A DNA stretch of 41,428 nucleotides from Minisyncoccota bacterium (GTDB lineage Bacteria > Patescibacteriota > Minisyncoccia > Phycocordibacterales > BOKC01). Numbering within the stretch: the first letter of the stretch is position 1; each line of letters begins with the position of its first letter. The notes beneath the pieces are model-generated. The model did not search any database. It had not been told where the DNA came from and was given only the letters and a program-made list of their open reading frames with translations. The stretch is from the NCBI GenBank assembly GCA_030583745.1, contig CP129473.1, positions 508,783 to 550,210 on the forward strand, in the 5' to 3' direction. The position numbers were made by a program, and so were the translations under genes. Below are positions 14,175-23,849 of this stretch, in pieces.

Positions 14175-16697
14175 TTAGTCCGTGATGGAAAAAGAAATTT
14201 CTGTTTCAGACTTGTTGAAAACAGAGTCGTAAACAACCGCCCTCAAAACATTTTCTCCAAACGGCGCCCCAACCTCTTGTGGCACAAAGGAGAAAGTAAA
14301 GTTTGGTGCGTCAGCGCTTCCCAAAAAGCCATCGTTTAAGAAAAACTCAATTTTATTCCTTGGATAGAATCCATTGGTACTTGTCCGAACATTAATTTTT
14401 TGGTTGGCCGAATACTCGCGACCTGACAGTGGCTCATTAACGCTAATACTTGGGAATCGTTCCGGAACATGAACGTCGTCAAACTCTGTTGGTAAATCAG
14501 CTTCAGTCAGCTCTCTTATCCCCTGCCTTACCACCCATTCTCTAACTGGAAAATCCCAGAGTTGGTATTGGGAATCACGCGCCGGGTTTATGGGTCTCTC
14601 ACCTCTTGGATTGTCTTTGTCCAGCCAATGAAGAATGGTTCTGATTTCGCCGATAACAAGTTCTTCCAGGGTTTCTTTTGGAGTGAACTCCGTCGCCAGC
14701 TTGCCGGAAATTTTATCAACCAAGAAAGATTCGCCACCCTGCCAGACACCTCTCAAAACAGGTTTCAAGTCTCCTGTTTCAGACGGAGCGTCTAGAGATT
14801 GGCTGGAGAATTTCTCTGCCGGAAACATTGGCAAAACTTCTTCCATAAAAGCTCTCCAAAAAGGCGCGATAATAAAACCTGCAATTTGTTTTTCCATCGG
14901 AGAATTATCATTATTTCCAGCCCAAGCGCCAACAGCTAGGTTCGGTGTATAACCAACAATCCAAGCATCACGATAATCATTGGTCGTTCCAGTTTTAACA
15001 GCTACTTGCTGGTTAGCAAAGTGGAGTGGAGAGTTTTGCCCAAAGGCCGGAGCACGAGCTGAATTGTCTGAAAGAATATCTGAAATTTTACGAGCCGTGT
15101 CTTCAGATAAAACTATTCTGGGCTCCAAAGTATTCTTTTCTAAAACATTACCTTTTGAATCCATAATTTCCATTATTACCGAATGCGGGATGCGGACCCC
15201 ATCATTGGCAAAAACCCCATAGGCACTTGTCAGGTCAAGAAGTGCGACCTCGCCACCACCTAAAACTAGGGTCAATCCGTATCTGTTGGCATCTCCCAAA
15301 TTTTGAATACCCATGGCGCGTGCCAGATTTAGTGTTTCTTGGAGCCCGGCAAGATAGAGAGTCTTAACGGAAGGAACATTGACTGATTGTGCTAGGGCCT
15401 CTCTCATAGTAATCGGCCCGCGGAAAACATTATCGTAGTTTTGAGGCATATAACAATTTGCGCCGACACCTTGTGGGGAACAGCCAGTGGTAAACACTGT
15501 CGGCAAATCAAACAAAGAAGTTTCTGGTGTATATCCCTTATTGAAAGCCGCGGCATAAGCAAAGGGTTTGAAAGCCGAGCCCGGCTGTCTGAAAGCTGTT
15601 GCCACATTAAAATTACCATCAATCTCTTCGTCAAAATAATCGCGTGAACCAACCATAGTTAAAATTTCTCCGGTTTTTGGTGCAACAACAACTAACGCGA
15701 TGTTTTCGGCATCAAAATTATCTTTGTTTCTTAAAGCAAAATCTTTAGCCAGATCTTCGGCCTTCTTTTGCATTTCATAATCAAGAGTCGTTATAACCTT
15801 TAGACCGCCACTTTCCAAAACCTGCCGACCATATTTGCTTTCAAGAAGCTCTTTTACATACATTACAAAGTGCGGGGCTTTTATACCACGATCCTCTCGA
15901 GGTCTGAATTTTACTTCTTCTGAAACGGCGCTCTGATACTCATCTTGAGTGATAAAGTTGTACCTTAGCATTTCTGTAAGCACTAGATTCTTACGACCCT
16001 CCAGTCTCTCTCGATTATCTTTTTGATAAGGTGAGTAAAAAGATGGGGCTTGCGGCAAAGCAGCAAGATAAGCGGCTTCCGCCAAAGTTACATCTTTTGC
16101 TTTTTTACCAAAAAAAGCATTGGACGCCTCTTCTACACCGTAAATATTTCCACCGTAAGGACTTTCGTTCAAATACAAAGCCAAAATTTCGTCTTTAGAA
16201 AGCAAGTTTTCAAGCTTAACAGCCAAAACCCACTCTTTTATTTTTCTAGAAATTTTTTTCTCGGTCGTAAGTAAGGAATTTTTTATAACCTGTTGGGTAA
16301 TAGTTGAACCACCTTGTCTAAACTGAAGCGAGCCAAGGTTAACAAAAACCGCGCGCAAGGTTGAACGAATCTGGATTCCTTTGTGATTATAGAAATTGGC
16401 GTCTTCTATGGCCAAGGTCGCAATTTTAATATTCTCTGATATGTCTTCAAGTGGAACAATTGTTCTTTTAATATCTTGAGATATGTCAAAAAGTAAAACC
16501 TCGCCGGTCCGATCGTATATTTTTGTAGACTGAATCACTTTTCTTTCATCAAAAGACTGCAGATCGGGAATTTTGAAAGTTGATATCCAAACAGCCAAAG
16601 ACCCAAGGATTAAAAACCCAGCAATTAGAACCCATAAAAATAAAATTTTAAGCCCGCCCCTTAACCACTCCATCTTGATTTTTAAATAAGACAACAA
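14175..16697 (-). CDS. Class A penicillin-binding protein (glycosyltransferase + transpeptidase) with a C-terminal extension
   Basis: GT51 motifs EDANFYNHKGI and RQGGSTITQQ are present. Transpeptidase SxxK (GSAFKP) and KTGTT motifs are also present. There is an N-terminal TM anchor. Confidence 0.95.
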   Translation of the reverse strand: MLSYLKIKMEWLRGGLKILFLWVLIAGFLILGSLAVWISTFKIPDLQSFDERKVIQSTKIYDRTGEVLLFDISQDIKRTIVPLEDISENIKIATLAIEDANFYNHKGIQIRSTLRAVFVNLGSLQFRQGGSTITQQVIKNSLLTTEKKISRKIKEWVLAVKLENLLSKDEILALYLNESPYGGNIYGVEEASNAFFGKKAKDVTLAEAAYLAALPQAPSFYSPYQKDNRERLEGRKNLVLTEMLRYNFITQDEYQSAVSEEVKFRPREDRGIKAPHFVMYVKELLESKYGRQVLESGGLKVITTLDYEMQKKAEDLAKDFALRNKDNFDAENIALVVVAPKTGEILTMVGSRDYFDEEIDGNFNVATAFRQPGSAFKPFAYAAAFNKGYTPETSLFDLPTVFTTGCSPQGVGANCYMPQNYDNVFRGPITMREALAQSVNVPSVKTLYLAGLQETLNLARAMGIQNLGDANRYGLTLVLGGGEVALLDLTSAYGVFANDGVRIPHSVIMEIMDSKGNVLEKNTLEPRIVLSEDTARKISDILSDNSARAPAFGQNSPLHFANQQVAVKTGTTNDYRDAWIVGYTPNLAVGAWAGNNDNSPMEKQIAGFIIAPFWRAFMEEVLPMFPAEKFSSQSLDAPSETGDLKPVLRGVWQGGESFLVDKISGKLATEFTPKETLEELVIGEIRTILHWLDKDNPRGERPINPARDSQYQLWDFPVREWVVRQGIRELTEADLPTEFDDVHVPERFPSISVNEPLSGREYSANQKINVRTSTNGFYPRNKIEFFLNDGFLGSADAPNFTFSFVPQEVGAPFGENVLRAVVYDSVFNKSETEISFSITD

Positions 16698-16750
16698 CAG
16701 ATAAAAATATTACCACGAATCAGCAAATATGATACATTTAATACAAAATT

Positions 16751-18157
16751 ATGAAACCAAACCCTAAAGAAATAGCGTCTTTCTTCTCAAGAGGTGTTTA
16801 TCAGTTTATTGACCCAGACGATGTTTTTCAAAAAAAACTGAAGGAGAAAATTTCCGGAAAATACCAAAAACCACTAATTGTGAAGTGGGGGGTAGATCCA
16901 ACCCGCCCAGATCTTCATCTAGGGCACGCTGTTATCTTAAGGAAACTAAGACAACTTCAGGATTGGGGTTGTAAGGTTGTTTTTTTGGTTGGAGATTTCA
17001 CTTCCTTGATTGGTGATCCAACGGGAAGAAATAAAGTTAGACCGGAAATTGAACAAAATGAGGTAGAAGCTAACATGAAAACTTATTTAGAGCAGGCCGG
17101 AAAAATCTTAAGAACAGATAAAGACTCTTTTTCCTGGATAAGAAATTCGGATTGGTTTACTTCTCCTACCGACCTTAATTTGCCTGAAGACTACAAAGTT
17201 AATTTAGAAATAGACAAAAAAGGAGAGAAAACCAGCGCGCCGATAAACCCGAACTCATTTGTCGGCAAGGCAATTGTATTTGAAAAGACCAGAATGCAAA
17301 TCGGAATTTCCGAACAAAAAAAGGTAGCGGTAATAACTTTAAAAAATTTTTTGTGGTTTTTAAAAAAAACAACCCACGCCAAACTAATTGAAAGAGATAT
17401 GTTCCAAGAGCGACTTAAATCGGGACAAGAACTTTACGCGCACGAATTAATGTACCCGGTTCTCCAGGGAATTGACTCTCAAATCATCGCGCAAATCTAC
17501 GGTAGCTGTGACATCGAGGTTGGAGGCAGTGATCAAGTTTTCAATATGCTTTATGGGCGCGACACGATGAGAATATCCGGACTCTCACCTCAATCTGTCT
17601 TGTCTTTTAAGCTTCTGGAAGGAACAGGTGGTAAAGAAAAAATGAGCAAAAGCTTAGATAATTACATTGGGATTAATGAGTCACCAGAAGAAATTTTTGG
17701 GAAGACCATGTCCATACCTGACAACTTGATAACCCAATATTTTATCCTTTGCACCTATACCCCGGAGGAAGAAATAAAAGAAATAGAGAACAAACTTGAA
17801 GATCCAGAGAATAATCCAAGAGACTTAAAATTAAGGTTGGCAAAAGAAATCACAGCAATTTACCACGGACAAGATAAAGCTAACAAAGCTGAAGAAAGTT
17901 TTTTAAAAATTTTCCAAAAAAAATCAGTGCCAGAGGACATGAAAACCGTTGAGGTTATGAAGGGAGAAAAACTGTCAGAAATTCTAAAAAAAGAAGGATT
18001 GGTAAAATCAAAATCGGATTTCAGAAGATTGGTACAAGAAGGGGCTGTTGAAGAAGTTAGTAGCGAACAAAAAATTTCTGACCCTGAATTTAAAATTTAT
18101 GAAGAAACCTCAATAAAAATAGGAAAAAGAAGGTTCGTTCGAATTCAGCCAAAATAA
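16751..18157 (+). CDS. tyrS: Tyrosyl-tRNA synthetase
   Basis: It has a HIGH-type motif (PDLHLGH), KMSKS, and a C-terminal S4-like domain (SKSDFRRLVQEGAV). Confidence 0.9.
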   Translation: MKPNPKEIASFFSRGVYQFIDPDDVFQKKLKEKISGKYQKPLIVKWGVDPTRPDLHLGHAVILRKLRQLQDWGCKVVFLVGDFTSLIGDPTGRNKVRPEIEQNEVEANMKTYLEQAGKILRTDKDSFSWIRNSDWFTSPTDLNLPEDYKVNLEIDKKGEKTSAPINPNSFVGKAIVFEKTRMQIGISEQKKVAVITLKNFLWFLKKTTHAKLIERDMFQERLKSGQELYAHELMYPVLQGIDSQIIAQIYGSCDIEVGGSDQVFNMLYGRDTMRISGLSPQSVLSFKLLEGTGGKEKMSKSLDNYIGINESPEEIFGKTMSIPDNLITQYFILCTYTPEEEIKEIENKLEDPENNPRDLKLRLAKEITAIYHGQDKANKAEESFLKIFQKKSVPEDMKTVEVMKGEKLSEILKKEGLVKSKSDFRRLVQEGAVEEVSSEQKISDPEFKIYEETSIKIGKRRFVRIQPK

Positions 18158-18195
18158 AGTACCTTACTGAACCCAAACTTCATTCTGAATTGCCA

Positions 18196-18230
18196 AAAAA
18201 CAAAATCCCCATAGCGGGGGTTTTGTTTTA
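18196..18230. terminator. Bidirectional intrinsic terminator between tyrS and a convergent micro-ORF
   Basis: The hairpin aaaacaaaatcccc-atagc-gggggttttgtttt has A/T runs on both sides. Confidence 0.7.
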
Positions 18231-18234
18231 GTAT

Positions 18235-18321
18235 CTACATCTCCTCTTCGTCTTCATCATCTCCAATATCATCATCTTCAGTATCCTCGGTTTCTTCCAT
18301 TTCGTTTAATTCGTCTCCCAT
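18235..18321 (-). CDS. Possible 28-aa extremely acidic micro-protein
   Basis: The ORF is ATG..TAG and encodes MGDELNEMEETEDTEDDDIGDDEDEEEM. It ends at the shared terminator. No clear SD is present. Confidence 0.2.
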   Translation of the reverse strand: MGDELNEMEETEDTEDDDIGDDEDEEEM

Positions 18322-18442
18322 GTTTTGGATTATTTAACATGATAAGTCGGCGACCACCTTCGTATATCCGAAGGTAAATCATTTTTAGCAGATTTATTTT
18401 TTTTTGTAAACGTCATTTTTAGAGCCTGTGGATAACGAGCTA

Positions 18443-18940
18443 CTACCCCAAATCAGAGAACCTAAACGAGGCGCAAGCGGTAAGACCAACAGCGATTGCA
18501 TCATATTCGTCGTCCTCCAACTTCCCCTTTTTCTCTATTTTTACAAGTCTCTTAACCATCTCTTCAACCTGCGACTTATCACTTCGGCCATAACCAGTTA
18601 CCGCAATTTTTACCTCAAGAGGGGAGTAATGTTTTGTTTGCATTCCAAAAAGCATAGCTTCATACAAAATAATTCCACGCGCCTCCGAAACAAGCAGAGC
18701 AGTTTTTTGATTTTTATTAAAAAATAAATTTTCCATTGCCAGCAGGTCTGGCGAAAAATCTTTTGAGACTTTTTTAATTTTTTGGCCAATTAAAAGCCAT
18801 CTCTTTTCCTTGTCAGATTTTTTCGTAAAGAAACACTCCGAATGAATAAGTGTTTCTTTCCCGCCACGGACTTTTTCCAAAACAGCAATCCCCAGTTTTT
18901 CATAGCCCGGGTCAACAGCCAGAATTCTTATTTTTTGCAT
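18443..18940 (-). CDS. ruvC: Holliday junction resolvase RuvC
   Basis: The N-terminal ILAVDPGYEKLGIAV contains the catalytic Asp. Size and remaining acidic residues are consistent with RuvC. Confidence 0.9.
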   Translation of the reverse strand: MQKIRILAVDPGYEKLGIAVLEKVRGGKETLIHSECFFTKKSDKEKRWLLIGQKIKKVSKDFSPDLLAMENLFFNKNQKTALLVSEARGIILYEAMLFGMQTKHYSPLEVKIAVTGYGRSDKSQVEEMVKRLVKIEKKGKLEDDEYDAIAVGLTACASFRFSDLG

Positions 18941-18956
18941 TTTAAAAAATAGGAAA

Positions 18957-20057
18957 TTACCTATTCATAGGCATCACCAGATACAAGAAGCTCTTGTCCC
19001 CTACACCGCGTATAACCATCGGTTTAGATACATCATTTAAAGAAATTGACACGCTGTCAGAAGAGATAGAGCTCAAACAATCAGCAATATACTTTATGTT
19101 AAAACTTATATCCAACTCCTTGCCAGAAAGAGCGGCGTCCAACTTACAATTGTTCTCTCCCAACTCCGAGTGTCTCGTCCGAACCTCCAAATCCTTTTTT
19201 GCCGGAGAAACTAAAAAGTTAATTTGATTGAGCTTGTCAGACCAGACGTTCGCCAACTTCAGTGCCGAAATTAAATCTTGACGCAAAATTACAGCTTCGG
19301 TCTCAAACTCCTTAGAAATAATTTGTTTGTAATCCGGAAAAGAGCTATCAACCAGACGGGAGGTGATATAAATTCCGTCAGAGCTTAGAGAAATCTGATT
19401 TTTATCCAAAAAAATGTTTGTTTCGCCTGTCTCGTCTTCTAAAACCCTGACAATCTCAAGAGCGTTTTTATAAGGCAAGAGAACATTTCCAAAATCCTTA
19501 TTTTGCTTCACTTTTATTCTTTTTTCCGCCAAACGAAAAGAGTCTGTAGCCACAAAAACCATTTCACCGGAGTCGGTGTAGATAAAAACACTCGACAACT
19601 CTGGCTTTATGGAGGACTGTGTTGAGCTATACCAAACAGATTTTAAACCGTTAGTAAAGTCCTTGGTTGAGACTGAAAAGGCGTCAGATTTTGTCTCTGG
19701 AATCGAAGGGAAGTCGTTAATATCTTTTGTTTTTATAACTGATCTGTTTTTTTCAGTTGCGACCACTATTTCTCCGTCTCTGCCCTCAATTTTTATATTT
19801 TTGCCGGATGGCAAGTTTGTCAAAAGATTATTTAAAATTTCCCCAGGGACAGCCACCGAGCCAGGTTTTTCTGTTTTTACCGGAACATCCAAACAAACCC
19901 CGATTTCAAGATTAGTGGCCTTAATAGTCAATCGATTATTCTTGTTCTCCAAAAGTAAACAACTCAAAATCGGTAGTCCTGGATTTCTATTTGTCGCTAG
20001 TCGACTAGCTTTGGAAACCGCTTCTGATAATTTGTCTTTTGAACATTCTAGTTTCAT
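18957..20057 (-). CDS. dnaN: DNA polymerase III beta sliding clamp
   Basis: It lies directly downstream of dnaA. It has three-domain length (366 aa) and the typical clamp C-terminal end (MPMNR). Confidence 0.93.
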   Translation of the reverse strand: MKLECSKDKLSEAVSKASRLATNRNPGLPILSCLLLENKNNRLTIKATNLEIGVCLDVPVKTEKPGSVAVPGEILNNLLTNLPSGKNIKIEGRDGEIVVATEKNRSVIKTKDINDFPSIPETKSDAFSVSTKDFTNGLKSVWYSSTQSSIKPELSSVFIYTDSGEMVFVATDSFRLAEKRIKVKQNKDFGNVLLPYKNALEIVRVLEDETGETNIFLDKNQISLSSDGIYITSRLVDSSFPDYKQIISKEFETEAVILRQDLISALKLANVWSDKLNQINFLVSPAKKDLEVRTRHSELGENNCKLDAALSGKELDISFNIKYIADCLSSISSDSVSISLNDVSKPMVIRGVGDKSFLYLVMPMNR

Positions 20058-20301
20058 TTTATTTTTCTATATTATTTCTTAATTATTTATTGTTATTTTT
20101 ATTATTATCTTTGTTGATAAGTGGAAAAGTGTTTTTTGTCTTTATTTCTAGGCCTATTTATTTTTTGTCAGTGTGTAAATGTTGTTTAAAAGTCAGGCGA
20201 TCTTCCAAATAAGTTGTTTATAAAAAACCACCGTCCTTAAAATTCTTTGAGATATCAGTCGTTTATCCACGTGTTTGCTTTTGTTTTTCCACATCATTTT
20301 T
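20058..20301. other. Candidate oriC in the dnaA-dnaN spacer: an AT-rich unwinding stretch plus DnaA-box-like 9-mers
   Basis: TTATCCACg is at 20263-20271 and TTtTCCACA at 20285-20293. The reverse-strand TTTTCCACT is at 20120-20128. A very A+T-rich tract spans 20058-20115. Confidence 0.55.
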
Positions 20302-21663
20302 TCAACTAATAATCGACCTTAGTTGCTCTATTTCTTTAAATAAAACGCTGTCGTTTTTTATCTCCCCTCTTATTTTCTCGCAAGAATGAATTACGGTTGT
20401 GTGATCTCGCCCACCCAACTTCTCACCGATTGATGGATAGGAAATCCCAAAATCTTCCCTAAGGAGGTACATTATTATTTGTCTTGGTTTTATAACCTCC
20501 TTTTTCCTGGTTTTTTCGTATATGGTTCCTTCTTCCATATTATAAAAATCGGAAACAATTTTAATAACCTCTTTTACCGACAGTGTCTTTTTGGGTTTAG
20601 AGCTGTGGCGTAGAAGATTTTTTACGTCGTTTAGAGTTAACTCCCTGTTTTTAATTTGGTGTTGGCAGGAGATCGTGTTTAACGCTCCCTCAAGTTCCCT
20701 AACGTTTGAAGTGATGGTTGAGGCGATGAAGTCTATTATCTCCTGCGAGAGCTCAATATTGAGACTTTTGGACTTGGTTTTAAGTATCGCTGCTCTTGAC
20801 TCATGGTCAGGAATAGGAATATCTACAATCATTCCAGCGCTAAATCTGGATTTTAATCTATCTTCCATATCAGGAATGAAATTCGGGTGCTTGTCTGACG
20901 AAAATATTATCTGTTTGTTGCTATCGTGTATGTTGTTAAATAAATGGAACAGCTCTTCTTGAGTCTTTTCTTTGCTGGAAAGAAACTGAATGTCGTCCAT
21001 TATCAAAACATCGTATTTTCTGTATTTTTCCTTAAAATTATTGACCTTGTTAGTCTGCACTGAATTTATGTAATCCATAGCAAATTTTTCAGATGTCGCA
21101 TAATGAACTCTTTTTTCCGGGTAAGAAGTTTTTATTTGATTCCCTATTGCTTGAATAAGGTGGGTTTTACCGACCCCCGTGTTGCCGTAGATAAAAAGAG
21201 GGTTGTAAACTAAACCCGGCTGTTTGACAATTGCTTGGGAGGCGGCAAAAGCAAGTTCGTTAAACGGACCGACGACAAAAGAATCAAAAGTGTATTTTGG
21301 GTTTAGATTGTCCTCTCTGTTTATATGAAACTCCCCGAGAGGAAGTTCTTTGTTTGCAATACCCCTGACAGACACGGGTTTTGAGGGTGACTCAACACCT
21401 CTTTTTTTGGGGTCAGTCGGAGAGATGTTGTATTCAAGCGCTCGAACATCGTCAGACAACTTTCTTATGGTTTTTAGTATGAAATTGTGGTGCTTTGAGG
21501 AAAGCCATTCCTTAACAAAAGCATTCGGCACGCTCAAAAAAACCACCCCGCCATCCTTTTTTGATATTAAGGTATCTTTAAACCAGGTATTAAAATTGGC
21601 AGGAGAGATACTCATCTCTATTTCGGCCAAGGCGTTTTCCCAGAGTTTTTTGTTGTCGTCCAT
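20302..21663 (-). CDS. dnaA: Chromosomal replication initiator DnaA
   Basis: It has the AAA+ Walker A GNTGVGKTHL and Walker B VLIMDDIQFL. The C-terminal DNA-binding domain contains GGRDHTTVIHSCEKI. Confidence 0.97.
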   Translation of the reverse strand: MDDNKKLWENALAEIEMSISPANFNTWFKDTLISKKDGGVVFLSVPNAFVKEWLSSKHHNFILKTIRKLSDDVRALEYNISPTDPKKRGVESPSKPVSVRGIANKELPLGEFHINREDNLNPKYTFDSFVVGPFNELAFAASQAIVKQPGLVYNPLFIYGNTGVGKTHLIQAIGNQIKTSYPEKRVHYATSEKFAMDYINSVQTNKVNNFKEKYRKYDVLIMDDIQFLSSKEKTQEELFHLFNNIHDSNKQIIFSSDKHPNFIPDMEDRLKSRFSAGMIVDIPIPDHESRAAILKTKSKSLNIELSQEIIDFIASTITSNVRELEGALNTISCQHQIKNRELTLNDVKNLLRHSSKPKKTLSVKEVIKIVSDFYNMEEGTIYEKTRKKEVIKPRQIIMYLLREDFGISYPSIGEKLGGRDHTTVIHSCEKIRGEIKNDSVLFKEIEQLRSIIS

Positions 21664-21763
21664 AGTTTTGCGTTAGTAATTATATCTTTTGATTTTGATT
21701 TTGAAACTTGTTAAAAAGCTCCAATTGTGTTTATAATATGTTTACAAGTTGTTAATAAAATTT

Positions 21764-21898
21764 ATGGCTAAAGCAAACAAACTAAAAAGACGAAAAAGAT
21801 CTAGAGCCCACGGCTTTCTGGGAAGGATGAAAACTGCTAGTGGAAGACGCACTATCAGATTAAGGAGGCGGAAAGGAAGAAAGAATCTCTCCGCCTAA
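21764..21898 (+). CDS. rpmH: 50S ribosomal protein L34 (below the ORF-track size cut-off)
   Basis: Hand translation gives [44 protein letters not shown]. It is in the canonical position divergent from dnaA and upstream of rnpA. Confidence 0.9.
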   Translation: MAKANKLKRRKRSRAHGFLGRMKTASGRRTIRLRRRKGRKNLSA

Positions 21899-21906
21899 CC
21901 CAACTT

Positions 21907-22266
21907 TTGTTTTTTATGCTCCCCTCTTCTCTTAGAGTCAGGAAAGAGTATTTTCGGGAAATTTTTAAGAGTGGAAAATTTTTTCCTAGCAAAAACCTGA
22001 CTATTGTAGTCTTGGAAACAAAAGAATTGGCGCAAAAACAAAGCCGGTTTTCTTTTTCAATCTCCTCCAAGGTCTCCGGAAATGCTGTTGATAGAAACAA
22101 ACTGCGTCGGCGCGGCTACGCGGCGGTCAAAGACTTAATTCTCCAGATAAAACCGGGCTTTTTAGCGGTTTTTGTTCTAAAAAAAGGTGCCGAAAAGCTG
22201 AATTTTGAAGAATATAAGAAGGAAATAGAAGATCTCCTAAAAAAATCTAGCTTGACAGACAGGTAA
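21907..22266 (+). CDS. rnpA: RNase P protein component
   Basis: It follows rpmH. The basic RNR-type motif NAVDRNKLRRRGY is present. The start may be the Met at 21916. Confidence 0.85.
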   Translation: MFFMLPSSLRVRKEYFREIFKSGKFFPSKNLTIVVLETKELAQKQSRFSFSISSKVSGNAVDRNKLRRRGYAAVKDLILQIKPGFLAVFVLKKGAEKLNFEEYKKEIEDLLKKSSLTDR

Positions 22267-22339
22267 CAATTTGATAGGTTTTGCCAGGAAATGAACCTAG
22301 ACAGAAGCTCGGAGCTTTCTGTCGGACAGAACAAGGAGA

Positions 22340-22867
22340 ATGAGCGTGGAGTTGCTTTTGCTTAAGGGAATCTTAGGAATGATTATTTCCGCGGCAGCTG
22401 GGTTCCTTACAGCGATCGTGGGCGTTGTAATGTGCGCAACCCTCTTCAAGAAAGAGATTCAGTTAAGAACAGCCCTTCTTTTCTTCGGAATCCCCACCTC
22501 TGTGATTATCTTCCTCATCCTGATACCGTTTTCCCATATTCTCATCTCTGAGGAGAGGAGAGAGGTTGAGGAGGCCAGGAAAGCCTACGCCGAAGAGAAT
22601 TTCGGGAATGCCCAAGTCGGCGACTTCATCCTCCATTCTGACGGCACGGTTGGCGTTATCCTTTGGGAAACCTCGCACGGTCTGCGTGTCCAATACCTGG
22701 AATCTGCGGGTGTTGGAGGAGGAGGACTACTCCCCTTTAAGCTCCACCCACATCTCGTCGAAGGGTCAATCCTAATCCCCTACGGCGCCGGCGAGGAGCC
22801 GAGCCACGAATGGGCCGAGGTTGCCCAACAGTACTTCGCACCGGTTATCTCAAGGCGAGAGCGGTAA
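22340..22867 (+). CDS. Hypothetical membrane-anchored protein (175 aa), a G+C-rich insert between rnpA and yidC
   Basis: An AAGGAGA SD lies upstream. It has two or three N-terminal TM segments and a soluble C-terminal domain. Its composition is clearly G+C-richer than both flanking genes. A GC-rich terminator lies near 22905-22955. Confidence 0.6.
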   Translation: MSVELLLLKGILGMIISAAAGFLTAIVGVVMCATLFKKEIQLRTALLFFGIPTSVIIFLILIPFSHILISEERREVEEARKAYAEENFGNAQVGDFILHSDGTVGVILWETSHGLRVQYLESAGVGGGGLLPFKLHPHLVEGSILIPYGAGEEPSHEWAEVAQQYFAPVISRRER

Positions 22868-23102
22868 GGCTCGTCTAGCCGGAGGAATGAACGGCAAGAC
22901 CCCCTTGAAACCGCACGTGGCAAGCAGACACGGTCTGCACCGCGCGCGGTTTTTTCTTTTCAATATTCGAAAATCTCCAGTGGTCTGACCGCTGGGAGTT
23001 TATTGACTAACTTGCGAACTTTCGAAGTCCGCAAGTATGTGATAACGAGACGTCACCTCGCGGAAGTTTGGAATTTTACTGAAAATGGATTAAAATACCG
23101 AG

Positions 23103-23849
23103 ATGTCTTGGTTATATAACACTCTGATGTATGAGCCCCTATACAACGGGCTTATTTTTTTGATGGACATCGGGGCTGATGCCGGTGTGGCAGTTGTAGT
23201 CTTAACCTTGATTGTTCGTTTTATTCTGTTCCCTCTTTCCAGAAAAGCGGTTATAACCCAGCAAAATGTAAAAAGATTTCAACCGGAAATAGATGCAATA
23301 AAAGAAAAGTACAAAAAAGATCGGCAAGAACAGGCCCGCAAAATTTTAGAGCTTTACAAAGAAAAAGGTATCAACCCGTTTTCCAGTTTTTTTCTAATTT
23401 TAATTCAGCTCCCAATCATTTTTGCTTTGTACCGAATTTTTTGGGCTTCCGGTTTGCCGGAAATTAAGCAAAATATTTTGTATTCTTTTGTGCCGGTTCC
23501 TGAATCTGTCAACATGGTATTTATCGGAATTTTTGATATTGCTTCTAAAAGCTGGGTTCTGGCGGTTTTGGTTGGCATAACAACTTTTGTCCAAATGAAG
23601 CTTTCAATGCCAGCTTTGAAAGGGGCTAAGCCGATAGGTCAATCGTTTAAAGATGATTTAGCGCGCAGTATGAATATCCAAATGCGATATTTTTTTCCGG
23701 TAATTTCCATATTTATTTCCTACACTCTATCTGGCGCTATCGCTCTCTACTGGCTGACGAGCAACTTGTTTACCATTGGCCAAGAAATTGTTATAAAAAG
23801 AACAAACGGAATTAAATCAGAAAAAAATGGAAATAAACAAAAACAATGA
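23103..23849 (+). CDS. yidC: Membrane protein insertase YidC (short, Gram-positive-like form)
   Basis: It carries the conserved PLYxxQxxSxxKMxxxQP-like segment (LFPLSRKAVITQQNVKRFQPEIDAIKEKYK). It has multiple TM segments and operon context with jag. Confidence 0.9.
   Translation: MSWLYNTLMYEPLYNGLIFLMDIGADAGVAVVVLTLIVRFILFPLSRKAVITQQNVKRFQPEIDAIKEKYKKDRQEQARKILELYKEKGINPFSSFFLILIQLPIIFALYRIFWASGLPEIKQNILYSFVPVPESVNMVFIGIFDIASKSWVLAVLVGITTFVQMKLSMPALKGAKPIGQSFKDDLARSMNIQMRYFFPVISIFISYTLSGAIALYWLTSNLFTIGQEIVIKRTNGIKSEKNGNKQKQ

Noticed and set aside
18428-18727. 99-aa plus-strand ORF
   Set aside because: It lies almost entirely antisense within ruvC, which has clear catalytic-motif support.
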